A DNA stretch of 64,000 nucleotides from the human T2T-CHM13v2.0 reference genome, Homo sapiens, in assembly GCF_009914755.1 (NCBI RefSeq), contig NC_060930.1; one strand, written 5' to 3'. Below are positions 16,357 through 32,039 of this stretch, one piece after another. How positions within the stretch are numbered: the stretch's first letter is position 1; every line of letters begins with the position of its first letter. The notes under the pieces are model-generated. The model was given only the letters and a program-made list of their open reading frames with translations. It was not told the origin of the DNA and did no database searches. The position numbers and the translations under genes were made by a program.

Positions 16357-18213
16357 TGAGAGTGAGGGGTCCTCCCTGCTTGGGCACCACCTGAGCCAGC
16401 AAGTCCCTCTTGACTAGGAGCTCTGGGGGGTGTGGGGTCACCTAATCGGCTGTCCGGGTGCTTTCCCGGGGACCATGGGGTTGCACCTGCCACAGAGCTC
16501 AGGCAGAAGAGGGAAAGCTGGGCTGGAATCAATAGCAGGTGTGGCCCCTCTGGCTATGGGAGGCGAAAGTGGGTGGAGCTGCCCACTGAATTCAGGCCGA
16601 AGAAGTACTGCTGGGCTGGACGCTCTTGCAGTAGCGGCCCACCCAGCTACCAGCATTGGGGGGTCGGTGCAGTTGCCTGACCTGCCATTCAAGTATTTCC
16701 CAGGACAACAGGGAGGCTGCACACACCAGCTGAGCTCAGGCAGAGGCGGGACTGCTGAGCCAGCTTCCGGCCCCAAGCCTTGTCTCGTGAGGGGGAGTGG
16801 AGGAATCTTACTGCTTCCAGGTACCCCAACCGCAGCTTCTGTTAGGGCTATGGTGCTGATGCCAGTGTGTTCTGGGGTCCAAGACTTGTTGAGGTCCCCT
16901 TGGACTTGGGAGTTGCCTCTGTAAAATATCCGGTGGCTCTCTGCCTCTGTTTAGAAATGCATGGGGTTGGGGGGTTGGGGGATGGGTGCATAGGCACAGG
17001 GAGTCTCCCATGCTCAGTCTTGCACTGGTCCCTGTGGAGAGCATGACTTCCCCTGGGGGCTCTCACTCACTCACCCTTTCTCGTGTCAGGCAGCTTCTCC
17101 TGGCTTCATGTTGATCCCAGAGAGGCAGCTGCCTAGCTTGGCTCCTCTCTGCGCCCCCTGGAGGCCTGGATGGATGCTGACATGGTTTCTTAGGTGATCA
17201 GCTTGGAAGGTTATTATTCAGTAGACCTTTTGGTTCCTCTCTGTGAGAATGGCACATATGAGCTGCTTCTAGTCTGCAATCTTGACTCAGTCTCCTAAAT
17301 TTTAAATATAGCCCTAACTAATTATTTTTACTTTTCATGGCAGTAAGCAAGGCTACATAACTATGCAGAATTACTTGTGGGACAGGTCCCTAATATATAC
17401 AAATTGGGGGTTTACAAATCTTCACATTTATGAGGTACTGTTTCAAAGTGAGTCAACCAATTAACAGCCCCACTAATGGCATTTGAGAGTTCCAATTTCT
17501 TCACATCCTCACCAAGATGGGTATTGTGAAACCACCTAATTTTTGCTAATCCAATGGATGTATACTGGCATTTTATTATTGTTTTCATTTGTTTTTCTTA
17601 TATTTTTATATATTAATATGTTGAGAAGAAAAAATATGATTAGCCATTCCATTACTGGCCAATCATATTTCCCCTTCTCTGAAATGCCTGTTCATATTTT
17701 TGCCTGTATTCTTATTGTGATATTTATCTTTTTTAAACTGAGTTTTTGGAGCTTTTTTATGTTTTCTAAATATGATTTTTATGTTAAATAAAAGATCATG
17801 GCTTATTTTTAGATGTTATGACATTTTTAATATGTAAAAATTTTTCTTAATTGTAATTTCAAATGTAACAATTTTTTAAAAATATGGTATATTTAATGTG
17901 CTTTGTTTAATAATTTTTTTGCTTCATTAAGGTCACAAGGATATATTTTTCAAGTTTTAAAGTCTTGCTTTTTACATTTAAGTCTTTGATCCACATGGAA
18001 TTGATTTGTTTTGGCATGATGTAATGTTCAAATCTAATTTTATATTTTTCTCTAGGATAACCTGCTTTCTTAATGCCATTTTTTAAATAGCCCAACATTA
18101 CTCAATTCTGACATCTATCAAACTCTCAAATATAAGAAGAGATTCTGCCATATCAGTTGAAATAGTATCATGCCACTGAGGATTTTGGTATCTCATTTCT
18201 GTATTCTGTATTG

Positions 18214-18602
<389 letters not shown>

Positions 18603-18920
18603 TTATTTTGTTTTGTTTTTCCCAAACTGTCTATGTTTTGGGCTCTTCCCTATGAATTTTACTATCAACTTGTTATAACCTCCCACTCCTCCCCCCAAAA
18701 TGCCTTATTGACATATTGATTTATTACTTATTTTATAGATGAATTTTGGAAGAACTATAATATTACATTTTTCAATTCATTTACTCAATTTTTTGTAATC
18801 TTCAACATATTTCAATTTTTTGTATAAAAAGTCTGAAGTATTTTTATATATTTATTGTACAGTTTTTAAAGTATAATACTTTATATGCTATTATAAATGA
18901 AATTTTTCTACTATATTTTT

Positions 18921-21735
18921 AATTAAACTTTGATTTTGAAATAATTCCAGATTCATATGCAGTTATTACATGTAATCTAGACAAATCCATGTAAACTTTC
19001 CATGTGTTATAAAAGTAGATTCATAAGGTATGTAACTACTTGGAATTGGCTTTTTTTTTACTCAGCATAATTCTCTAGAAATTAATCTAGATTGTTGCAA
19101 ATGTCAATAGTTTCTTTTTATTTTGGAGTAGTATTACATGATATGAATGAAGCAAAGTTTATTGAACAATTCACCTATTGAAGGACACATGGGTGGTCTC
19201 CAGTTTTTGGTTATTACAAGATGCTGTAAATATTTTCATATATGTTTGTGGGAACGCAAGTCTTCATTTCTTTAGAATAAATGCCCAGAAGTGCCATTAC
19301 TGGATTGTATGGTATTTGTATGTTTAGTTTTTAGAGAAACTCCAAACTATTTTTCCACTATGGATGTGCCATTTTATATTCACACAAGAAATGTATGAGA
19401 GAGCTAGCTACTCTGCATCCCCGGTATTTTGTGCTGTCACTTTAAAAAAAAAAAAAAACAGTTTAGCAACTCTGGTTGATGTGTAATGATACTCATGTGG
19501 TTTTGATTTGCATGTTCCTAATAAATAATGATGTTAAACATCTTTCCATGTCTTTATTTGCCATCTGTATATCCTCTTCATCTCATGATATGGTTTGGCT
19601 GTGTCCTCACCCAAATTTCATATTGAATTGTAGCTCCTATAATCCCCACGTGTCATGGGCAGGACCTGGTAGGAGGTAATTGGATCATGGGTGTGGGTTT
19701 TTCCCATGTTGTTCTCCTGATAAGGAATAAGTCACATGAGAACTGGTGGTTTTATAAAAGGACAGTTCCCCTGCACACACTCTCTTGCCTGCCACCATGT
19801 AAGACATCCCTTTGCTTTTCCTTCATCTTCTGCCATGATTGTGAGGCCTCCCCAGCCATGTGGAACTGTGAGTCCATTAAACTTCTTTCCCTCATAAATT
19901 ATCCAGTCTTGGGTATGTCTTTATTAGCAGCATGAGAACAGACTAATGCATCTCATTTGGCCATTTTCTAGTTGTATCATTTGTTTGTTACTGTTGAGTT
20001 TTGAGAGTTCTTTATATATTCTAGATAGTCATCTTCTGTTGGATATGTTGTTTGAAAATATTTTCTCCTAGTCTGCAGCTTATCTTTGTCTTCATAATGA
20101 GGCCTTTCACAGAGCAAGAGTTTTTAATTTTAATGAAATCCAATGTATTTTTTTTTCTTTTACGGCTCACACTTTTAGTGTCATATTTAAGAACTCTTTG
20201 CCAAGCTCTAGATTTCAAAGAATTTCTTCTGTTTTTTCTAAACATTTTATAGTTTCATGTTTTACATTTAAGTGAATGGTCCATTTCAAGTTAGTTTTTG
20301 TAGGTGTGATGTTATTATAGACCAAGTTGTAATTTTTTGTCTATGGTTGGTCTATTTTGTTTTAGTTTTTGTGAAGGGTATGTGTGGGTCTAGATTCATT
20401 TTTTTTTGCATGTGGATATACAGTTTTTCTACCACCATTTCTCCAAAAGCCTACCTTTGCGCCATTGAATTGCTTTTGCTCCTTTAACAAAGATCAGTTG
20501 ACTATGTTTATATGGATTTATTTCTGGGCTTTCTGTTCTCTTCCATTTATCTGTTTGTCCTTTCATCAATACCAAAATATATTGATCAGTTTTATAGTAT
20601 GTCTTGAAGTCTGGTAGTGTCAGTCCTCTAACTTTGTTCTCCTTCAATGTCACGTTGGCTATTCTGGATATTTTGCCTGTCCATATAAACTTTAGAATAT
20701 GGTTGTTGATATCCACAAATTAATTTGCCAGGATTTTGACTGGCATTCCACTGAATCTATAGATCAAGTTGGGAAGAACTGATATCTTGACAATATTGAT
20801 CTTTATATCCATTAATATGAAATATCTCTTTATTTAGTCCTTTGATTTCTTTTATGAGAGTTTTGTCATTTTCCTCATCTAAATCTTGTACCCACTTGTT
20901 AGATTTATAGCTAAGTACTTCATTTGGGGAGTGCTAATGTAAAAAATATTTTGTATTTAATTTCAAATTCCACTCATTCATTGCTGGCATATAGGAATTG
21001 ATGGGCTTTTGTATGTTAACTTTGTATCTTGAAACCTTGTTATAATTGTATATTAGATCGAGAAGGGTTTTCTGGATGATTTGGTTAATACTCTACAAAG
21101 ATGATCATGTCATCTGCGGACAAAAGCAATTTTACTTTTTACTTCTTAATCTGTATACCTTTGATTTTTTTCCAGTTTTTTTTTGCAGATCTTGGTTGGA
21201 AAGCTAGTTCCTCACCATTATATATCATGTTACTTGTAGGTATTTTGTCTATATTCTTTCTCAAGTTGAGGAAAATTTCTCTCTAATCCTAGTTTGCTGA
21301 GAATTTTTAGCATAATTAGGTTTTAGTATCTGTCAAATACTTCTCCTGCATCTATTGTTATGTTCATATATTTTTCTTCTTGAGGCTGCTAATGTGATGG
21401 ATTACATTAATTGATTTTAAATGTTCAACCAGCCTTACATACCTTAGATAAATCTCACTTGTTCATGGTAAATAATTCCTTGTACACATTGTTATATTCA
21501 ATTTGCTAATATTCTGTTATGGATTTTTTTGCATTTACATTCATGAGAGATACTGGTCTGTAGTTTTCTTTTCTTGAAATTTCTTTGTCTCATTTTGGTA
21601 TTAGGGTAATGCTGAACTCACAGAATTAATTAGAAAGTATTCCCTCTGCTTCTATCTTCTGAAAGAAGTTGCATAAAATTAGTATAATTTTTTCCTGAAG
21701 TGTTTAATAACTTCATCAATAAACTTATTTAAGCC
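18921..21735 (-). mobile_element. Old L1M (L1MC/MD-like) 3' UTR and ORF2
   Basis: Minus-strand ORF2p remnants (20021..20245, 20429..20716) and an L1M 3' UTR. Confidence 0.8.
19586..19950 (+). mobile_element. THE1 (MaLR) solo LTR, 365 bp
   Basis: tgatatggtttggctgtgtc...gactaatgca with a perfect 5-bp TSD tctca (19581-19585, 19951-19955). Confidence 0.95.
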
Positions 21736-21762
21736 TTATTAAGTTATTTAAATAACTTATTT

Positions 21763-21980
21763 AAAGAGCTATTACTACAGGCCCTGCAGATATCTAAAGG
21801 ATAATAAGAGAACAAATACTATGAACAATTCTAACACGTAAATTTGACAACTTAAATGAAATGTGCCAATTCCTTAAAAAACACAAATTACCACAACTCA
21901 CCCAAAATGAAATAGACTTTTAAATAATAATTTTAACTATTAAGGAAATTAAATTTATAGTTTTTAAATTAAAAAAAATC
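21763..21980 (+). mobile_element. Inverted L1 ORF2 segment
   Basis: attactacaggccctgcagatatctaaaggataataagag...aaatttgacaacttaaatgaaatg is sense-strand L1 ORF2 lying between two minus-strand L1s. Confidence 0.8.
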
Positions 21981-24900
21981 TTATTCTGTTGCCTAATTGC
22001 TCTGACTGGGACTTCGAGTATTATGTTGAATAAAAATGGTGAAAGTGGGCATCCTTGTCTTGCTCTAGGTTTCAGAAGGAAAAATGTCAATATTTCCCCC
22101 ATTTAGTATGATGTTAGCTGGGGGTTTGTCGTATGCAGCCTTTGTGGCATTGAGGTATGTTTTTTCTATACCTAATTTGTTGAGTGTTTTTATTATAAAG
22201 GGATATTGAATTTTATCAAATACTTTATCTGTGTCTATTGAGATGATCATGTGGTTTTTGTCCTTGGTTCTGTGAATGTGATGCATCACATTTATTAATT
22301 TGCATATGTTAAACCTTCCTAGTATCTTTGGAATGAATCTCGCTTGATCATGGTGAATGACCTTTTTAATGTGCTGTTGAATTTTGTTTGCTACTATTTT
22401 ATTGAGGATTTTTGCATCAATTTTCACCAGGGATATTGGCCTGTAGTTTTTTTATGTTGTGTCCTTGTCTGGCTTGGGTATAAGGGTGATAATGGCTTCA
22501 TAGGATGAGTCTGGAAGAATTTTATTCTCTTTGATTTTTTTGGAATAGTTTGAAAAAATTGGTATTAGTTCTTAAATGTTTGATAGAAGTCAACAGGGAA
22601 GCCGTCAGGTCCTGGGCCTTTCTTTGATGGGAAATTTTTAATTGCTTATTCAATTTTCTTCTTATTGTTCTGCTCAGATTTTCTATTTCTTCCTGGTTTG
22701 ATTTGGTAAGTTGTATGTGTCCAGGAGCTTATTCATTTCTTTTAGGTTTTCTGATTTGTTGGCATAAAGTTGTTCATAATAGTCTCTTATGATCTTCTAT
22801 ATCTCTATGGTATCAATTGTAATGTCTCAATTTTCATTCCTAATATTATTTATTTGAATCTGCTCTCTTTTTTTCTTAGTCTAGATAAGGGTTTGTCAAT
22901 TTGTGTCATCTTTTCAAAAAAACTAACTCATCCTTTCATTGATCTTTTGGGTTTTTTATCTCTATTTCATTTATTTCTGCTCTGATCTTTATTACTTTTA
23001 CTCATTTTGGGTTTAGTTTATTCTTACTTTTCTAATTTCTTGATGTGCAACATTAGGTTGTTTATTTGAGATGTTTCTATTTTTTACATATAGTTGTTTA
23101 TTGCTATGAACTCCCTTTTAGAACTGATTTTGCTGTATCCTGTAGGTTTTGGTATTGTTGTCTTTCCATTTTTTTTAATCTCAAAAATTTTTTAATTCTA
23201 TTTTTAATTTTTTAATTTATCCTTTCATTGCTCAGAAGTATGTTGTTTAATTTTCATGTATTTGTATAGTTTTTAAAGATTCTCCTGTAAATGATTTCTA
23301 GTTTTATTCCATTGTGGTCATAAAAGATACTTGATATAATTTCAATTTTTAAAAATTTGTTGAGACTTTTTTTGTGGCCTAACATATGGTCTATCATGGG
23401 GAAAGTTTCATCTGTTGATGACTATGTACTGTGAAGCTTTTGGGTGGAATATTCTGTAAGTGTCTATTAGTTCCATTCAATCTAGAGTCTAGCTTAAATC
23501 CATGTTTCTTTACTTATTTTCTGTCTGAATGATATATCCATTGCTGAAGGTGGAATGTTGAAGACACTTGCTATTATTATTGTATTGTTTTCTATCTCCC
23601 CCTTCAGATCAAATAATATTAGCTTTATATATTCAGATGCTCTGGTGTTGGGCACACTTATATTTATAATTGTTATATCCCTTTGCTGAATTAACCCCTT
23701 TATCAGTATGTAATGACCATCTTTGTCTGTTTTTACAGTTTCTGATTCAAATTCTATTTTGTCTGCTTTCTTTTGGTTTCCATTTTCATGGAATATTATT
23801 GCCCATCCCTTTACTTTCAGTCTGTGTGTGTCCTTACAGGTAAAATGAGTGTAACGCAGGCAGCATATAGTTGGGTCTTGTTTTCTTATTTTGTTTTTGT
23901 TTTTATCCATTCAGCCACTCAGTATGTTTTAATTAGAGAATTTAATCCATTTACATTCAAGGTTATTATTGATAAGTAAGAACTTATTCCTGCCATTCTG
24001 TTAATTGTTTTCTTTTAATTTGTTACTTTCTTTTATCTTGTTGTTTACCCTTGTGGCTTGGTTATTTTCTGTACTGATAAGCTTTGATTCTTTCCCTCTC
24101 TCCTTTGTGTTTCTGTTATAATTTTCTGTTGTGACTACTCTGGGACTAATATTTAAAAACCTATGGGTTATAGAAGGCTATTTTAAGCTGACAACTTAAC
24201 TTTGGTTGCATACAAATATTCTAGACTTTTACCCTCCCACCATTTATAATTTTAAAAATTTTTTGCCTAAATGTATGTATTTTATATCGTCTAGTCCTTA
24301 ACAACTTATTGTAGCTAAGGTTTTTGTTGACCATTTTGACTTTTAATCTTCATACTAGAGATTTTAAAGATTATATACCACCATTGTGGTAATGGAGTAT
24401 TCTGAATTTGATTATAAGTTTACCTCACCAGTGAATTTTATACTTTCATGTGATTTCACGGTAGTAATTAATGTCCTTTCACTTCCAGTTGAAGCACTCT
24501 CTTAAGCATTTCTTGTAAGGCTAGTCTAGTGATTATGAATTCCCTCAAATTTTGTTAGGCTGGAAAATCCTTTATTTCTCCTTCATTTCTAAAGAATAGC
24601 TTTGCTTGGTATAGTATTCTTGGTTGAGAGGTTTTTGTTTTGTTTTGTTTTGTTTTTGTTTGTTTTTTTTCTTTTGTTACTTTGAATATATCATCTCTTT
24701 GTCTCCTGGCCTGCAAAGTGTCTTCTGAGAAATCTGCTGATAGTCTAATGGGGAATTTCTTATGTGTAACTTGATGTTTTTCTCCTGCTGCTTTTAGATT
24801 TCTCTCTTTGTCTTTGAATTTTGACAGTTTGATTTTAGTGTGCCTTAGAGAAGACTTCTTTGGGTTACGTGTAAATGAAATCCTTTGAGCTTTATGGACC

Positions 24901-26111
24901 TGGATGTCCATATCTTTGGGAAACTTTTAGCTATTATTTTCTTAAGTAGGCTTTCTTAGCCTTTCTCCACCTCTTCTACCTCTGAAACTTATAATGTGAA
25001 CATGTGTTTGCTTAATGGTGTTCCATAGATTTTATAAACTTTCTTTGCTTTTTTTCATTTTCTTCCCTCTGACTGAGTTATTTTAAGAGACTTGCCTCAA
25101 GGTCAGAAATTCTTCTGCTTGATCTAGTGTGCTGTTGAAGTTCTCAATTATATTTTTAATTTTATTCAATGAGGTCTTCAGCTCCAAGATTTGTTTGTTT
25201 TTGTTATATGATATGTAGCTCTTTGTTAAACTTCTCAGATTATAAATTGTTTTTTTGATTTCGATGAATTGTCTATATAATCTTACATCTCACTGAGTTT
25301 TATTAAGATCATTATTATAAATTTTTTAAGGTGATTTGTAAATTTGCTTTTTCAGGCTCAGTTACTGGAAGTTCATTGTGGGGTTTTTTTTGGCAATTTC
25401 ATATTTTCCTGCTTTTCAAATGTTTCTCGTTTTCCTGTGTTGAAATTTGTGCATCTGCTGGAATGGTTACCTCTTCCAATTTTGTAGAGTAGCTTTAATA
25501 GAAAAAAGTTTTCATCTGTAGATATGTTCTAGGGTGTTGGTTAGGTATGGAGCATTGGTTTTGGTTCTGGGTGGTCATAGTCTCCCCACTGAGTGTCAGG
25601 TCACTGGGCTGTTCTATGCACTAAGAATGAATCAGTGCTGCTTAACCACCAGATTGGGTATGGCCTCACTACTGGGAGCTTGTTCCCAGAGGGCAGGGTG
25701 CCTCATGGGCTTAGACAGTGGGATTATGGTCATTCTGCTGGGTTTAGGCTTTTGTATAGCCAGGACTAGGGCACTATAGCCACTGGGATGGCGAAACAGA
25801 TTATTTTGAGTTGTTTATTCCCAGGGGGTAGAGAACTACAGCTGTTCAACTAGGAAATAATGTTCTAGCATGTGTGAGCACAGTAAGTGGTGGTGAAACG
25901 TCAAGGATGGGGAAATGCCGTGGGGCATTTTGCTTTTTTTTCTATGTGTCCTGCCTGAGTCTCCATGCCCTACATGGTCTTTACCGTGAATCTACTGTAC
26001 TCCAGTGCTCTCCTTCCAATACTCTTGTTGAAATGTGGTAGCCTACTCGTTGTTTTGGTCGTTTTATGTGAGGGTGATGAGTATTAGGTACCTCTAGTCT
26101 GTCATCTTGCT
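21981..26111 (-). mobile_element. L1MA-like element: 5' UTR, ORF1, and ORF2 EN/RT remnant, 3' end absent
   Basis: Minus-strand RT (22065..22427; ARQGCPLSP in 21920..22102), EN (23494..23910) and ORF1 (24555..24911) remnants. The L1 5' terminus gagcaagatgacagactagagg is at ~26111. Confidence 0.88.
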
Positions 26112-26116
26112 CATTG

Positions 26117-26730
<614 letters not shown>

Positions 26731-27719
26731 TGTTCTTGATTTCATTTCTCACATTTGTTACTCCATGTATTTATTGAGGATGTATTGGTCTGTGGATAAA
26801 CGTCATAATTCCTCCATATTATTTCATCATTGTCTGCTTTACTAATTTAAAAACATTTACCGTATTCCTTTTAGTTATGTTTTGGAATGTACTTTGGTAT
26901 AAAATGGGTATAACCACATCAACTTTGTTTTTATTTTTCTAGGTTACAGATCTTTGACCTTTACTGTTTTATGTTGTGCTGTTTTATGTAACTCTTTTTG
27001 TCAGAAGACAATTAAATTAGATAGTTTTATTTTTAATGTTATATGGATATCTTTACAGTTGCATAGGGTGTCTACCCTTATGCACATAAGTCACTCCCTT
27101 TGCAGATGCATTTGCTATAGTCTGTCTTTTATTCATTTATACTTTGCTTTAGGTTACTTTTTGTTATTGGTAATAGTGATTTTAAAAAATGTCTGTCTAT
27201 CTTACCCTTCATCCTTTTTTTTTCTCTTAGGAACTTTTTACCCCCAGTTTCTGCCTATTTAAATATAAATAATATTTTTTGCTGTGGTGGTATTTTTTTA
27301 ATCTTCCCTAACAATTAATTATGAATAAGTATGTTTGATAACTCTGCTACAATACTCTACATGTTTCTGGAAGGATCCTCTAGGATAGAATAACCAGTTA
27401 AACAATTGAGTTGCCTTTGTGACTTAACTTCACCCAGATACTCATATGACATGTAGGATGAGAAACGTTGCATGTAGAATATTTTACAACTTTCCCTCAC
27501 GATTAACTAACTTCCAACTCTTTGTTAGTACAGTTTGGTTTATAAGTTCCAGATTACACTTAAATTATTATATTCTTGACCTCAAAGTATTCTGTTTTAG
27601 TAGTACTATCAGTATTTCTCAAAATTATTCAGTTTGCTTTGTTCTTTACTCAGCTCAATAGAATTCCTTTTGTATCATATTATACCATTCTAAAGCTGTA
27701 AATTTAATCAGCTAGATGT

Positions 27720-28740
27720 TATTTTTATATTAGTTTTGAGTTATTTTAAGTAATATATAAGTATATATATATAAAACAACTCATGAAGCATAAATGCACA
27801 GCTCACAGGGCAAAAACCCAAATAAACACAAGGTAAGAAGGAAAACATTGCCACTCCCCAGGAAACCCCCATTATGTCTCATCCCCAAAATATTCACTCT
27901 ATTCCTCATAACACACACTATCGCCCCAACACTCCTTCTCAACACAATATATTGATTAAATTTGTTTTAAAATTTAGTTTCTATAAGTGGAATCAAACAG
28001 CATATATTATTTTGAAACTGGCTTCTTTTACTGCACATTGTATTTGTAAAATTTATTATGATTATTGTATGCACTTGTAGCTTATATGTTTTCATTCCTG
28101 TTTTCATTCTTGTATGCGATTTAAACATACCACAAATTATTTATTCATTTTACTATTAACAGACATTTAGGTTCATTTTAATTTGGAGCTATCAAGAATA
28201 ATGCTGCTAGGAATATCTTTGTATATGTCTTTTTGTGCTTTATTTGCATGCATTATTTTGGCTGGATGGTGCTATTCATATATATGTAAATTATATACAC
28301 AGCTAAAAAATTACCAACAGAGATTGATATTTCTATTTGCCTCACTGCCTCAGCAATATTGTTTAAATCACCTTTTTCAATTTTGACCAATCCAAAGGTA
28401 TATAATGCTATTTCATTGCAGCGTATTTGACATTTCATAATGACTAATGAAGTTAATCAGCCTTTTGTATATTATTGGCCAATATAATAGATATCTTCTT
28501 TTTTGAATTATCTATTTTAAGTCTTTAATCCAATTTTCTATTAAGTTTCTGTCTTTTTCCCAGTGGTTTGTATAGTTCTCATATATTCCAGACACAGTCT
28601 TTTGTCAGCTATATGTTTTGAAAGTATTTTATCCCACTCTGTGGCTTCCTTTATATACTTTGATAAACAGAGATTCCCTTGATAAACAGAAATTTTTTAT
28701 TTTAATGTATTCCAAATAAATTTGTTACGGTTGAGGCTTT
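27720..28740 (-). mobile_element. L1ME-type 3' remnant
   Basis: Diverged L1ME 3' UTR/ORF2 motifs (gtggaatcaaacagcat, cacaaattatttattcatttt). Confidence 0.65.
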
Positions 28741-29868
28741 CAGGAACTTTATAAACATAAAGAGGCTATGCCATTCAAGGCTTACATTTAATCTGAGAAA
28801 GCATTAATGACATACTTGTAAGAATATCATATATAAATAAATTGTGCATGGCATTAAAGTTCAGTCATTACATAAGGCCAATGAGAAAACAAGAAAACCC
28901 AGTGTGTTGACATATGATGCAAGAGATGAGTTTTTACTTCCCTTTGAAGAAAATGTAAAATTTGGTTTTATAAAAAGAGAGGGCAGAATATTCAGGAATA
29001 TTACATAAAAATGTGACGAGATGCATAAAGTAAGTAGACATAGAAGAAGGGAGTATGTAGACACCAGAACCACACTACTTGGACTAAAATTCTTGCTGTG
29101 CTATTCCCTGTGACCTTGGGCATATTACATAACTTTTGTTAGCTCAGTTTCCCAGTGTATAAAGTAGGAAGGGAAGATTATCTATTACCTACTTTTTGAC
29201 AGGATCAAAATCGGAAGTAAATTTGAGTACCTATTAAATTGTCAAGAAATATTTGTCATTATCATTAGGAAAAATCATATATGTGCAGTGGTCAGTATGA
29301 AAAATTAGAATCAACTATTAACTGAATACTTATATCTCAAATATCCTAATGACTTTCTATAATAATACTCATCCCATTTGATGCTCACAGCAACATTATA
29401 AGGATAAATAATTATTTTAAAGATGAGGCCATCAACTTTATTGAAGAACTGTGTAGAGAAAAATATCATAAATAATCCTAGCTCTTTTTGGAATGCCATT
29501 TAAGGACAGACCTTGAGTACCAGAATGAAGAATTTGGCTATGATCCATGCTGTGCTTAAGGATTCACTAGAGGTAATGTAGTGATTAATGAAAATAATAT
29601 TTTAGGAAAATTTAATCTAGCAATAGTTTACAGGATGGTCAGGAGTGTGGAGTTGCTGGAGGGAGATACAGAAGGTATGAAACCTTTTAAGTTGAATAAG
29701 CCTGACTTTACCTATGGTTTTTGGTTCAATGAGAAAACAATTTAATAAAAGATATCATATATGACCCAAATTTCCTATCTAGCCCATCATATATAGTAGT
29801 GCTCGTGTCACTTAAACCAAGCTAAATAAAAACGAATGTAAGGCCTATCCAGTGAGGCCTTTTTTCAG

Positions 29869-30233
29869 TGCCTTTGTCTGCTTTGGCTACTATGACAAAA
29901 TATCATAGACTGGGTGGCTCAAACAACAGATATTTCTTTCTCATAGTTATGGAGGTGGAAAAGTCCAGAATCAGTGTGCTGCCTGATTTGGTCCCTCGTG
30001 AGGGACCTCTTCCTGGCTAGTAGAGGAATGCTTTTTCTCTGTGTCCTTATGCAGCAGGGAAACAGGGCTCTGGTTTCTTTCCCTTCTTATAAGGGCACTA
30101 GCCCTATTGGATTAGGGCCTCACCCTCATTTAATCTTAGTTACGTCCTTATAGGCCTTATTTCTAAATACAGTCACATTGGAAGTTAGGCTTTTGAATTT
30201 TGAATTTTGAAGGAACAAAATCGAGTCCATCAA
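29869..30233 (-). mobile_element. MLT1 (MaLR) LTR
   Basis: caaaatatcatagactgggtggctcaaacaacaga...ccttatttctaaatacagtcacattgg. Confidence 0.8.
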
Positions 30234-31915
30234 AGTCAAGATAGCTTGGGATTGAACTCTTTACATGAAATCCTGAGGAAGCTCAAAAAACAAGAAATTA
30301 AAATCTTCTGAGGCTGATATGCTGCCCATAAGTCACTATTTGTGCTTCCTAGGGAAGACATTAATATTTGTGAGTATAGAGGAAGAATCAAAGTTTTGAG
30401 ACAATGGGCAAGGTTACAACAGAGGCAAAACTGCCTCGCATTATTTTGTAGCTCAACCGTTCTAGGATTTATTTCCAAGGGGCCCAGAGAGAGGAGCTGT
30501 AATGAAGAGCAACTTACGAACTCTGTTACTGGAAAAATAAGAGAAAATTAACATCTCAAGGTAATATATAATTTTGGCTTTAATGATAATAACCATAACC
30601 ACCATTTATGTAGCACTTACTATTTGCAAGAATGGGTCATGATGTTATTGTTTCATTTAATTTTTATCAATTTTATGGAGTTATGTTTACATCTCAACGT
30701 TTTAGACTTGGAGAAGTTATATAATTTGCCTGAGGTTTAATAGTAATGATGGAGTAAGTTTAGTTCTAGGTATGTTTGATATTCTTGGTCTTAATTCCTG
30801 TTCTGTGTTGCCCCAACAAGTGGGTGAGCACAACAGGCAGGAAAGAACATTATATTCATGGAAGTGTGGTAATGATTAGAAGGGATGAAATGAAGGAGAA
30901 TCTATAATGACACCAACATTGTCAATTGCCTGCCGGATCAGTAGCTAGCACTAGCATCCATGACAAATCCAAGAGTTACATCTTGTGGTCAATGGTTTAA
31001 ATGGAAAAAGAAATGAGAAAAATATATTTGGTATTCCAAGGGCACCAGCGAGACAGCTCAACAACTCACTTTGAACTAGAGGAAACCTCTTTGCTTTAAG
31101 ATCCATGAATTATGCTAAGCATGAAAGTATTTTAGTAACCTTGTTATTTCTACCAGCTGGTTGTACCTAAGTCAAAAGTGGCCACATGTAATTGACCTGA
31201 TGTTTCTCTCCATTATTATCTCATTTTAAAAAAGGATATGAGTTGTTTATTTACCTATGTCAGATTTCAATAACATGAAAATAAAACACTACTTTGTACT
31301 CAATAAATATTTTTGATATTTTAAATACAACTTATTTGATCTACAAATTCAGGTATTACTAAAAAACTGATTAAATAACCGATTTTATTGAAATTTAATT
31401 TTATTACTGATTTATATAGTAAATGCTATGTAGATATCCATCCAGCTGTATTTTTATATTCTAATTTAAGGGTAAGCAGTAGGTGTAGTTAGAATAAGAA
31501 TGCAGTCTTCTCATACACATGGTTAATAAAATCAATATGAAAATTTAAAACACATGTAGCAAATGACCTGGATGCTGATGAACTTTGAGTCATAATTATA
31601 TTCCAATAAAAGTTTACTTCATGATAATAAATAGTACTGCCACCTGTAGTTCACCCAAATCTGAAGTTCCCATCAAATAATTTTGAATACCAATCAACTG
31701 CTGATTTATATTTGATTTCAGGAACTTCCTGTAGAAAAGTTTTAAAAATAACTGCCTAGATATAAATATTAAATGAACCAAATGATGTTGTATAATCCAC
31801 TAATCTTTCTTTAGAAAAACTCTGTTTTTACTAATTTAGATTTGGTTTATTTCATTGCTTTTTTAGACTAGTTGTATATATTGCTGTTCAAAATACATAA
31901 AAATAAGTGAAAATA

Positions 31916-32039
31916 AGCTGGTCTTGGTAGGATGTGCCTGTGTTCCAGCTACTTGTGAGGATGAGGTGAAAAAATTGCTTGAGCTTGACGGTTCAAGACC
32001 AGCATGGGGAACATAGTGAGACATCATCTGAAAAAAAAA
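31916..32039 (+). mobile_element. Alu monomer (FLAM/FAM-like)
   Basis: A single diverged arm with an A tail. Confidence 0.8.
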
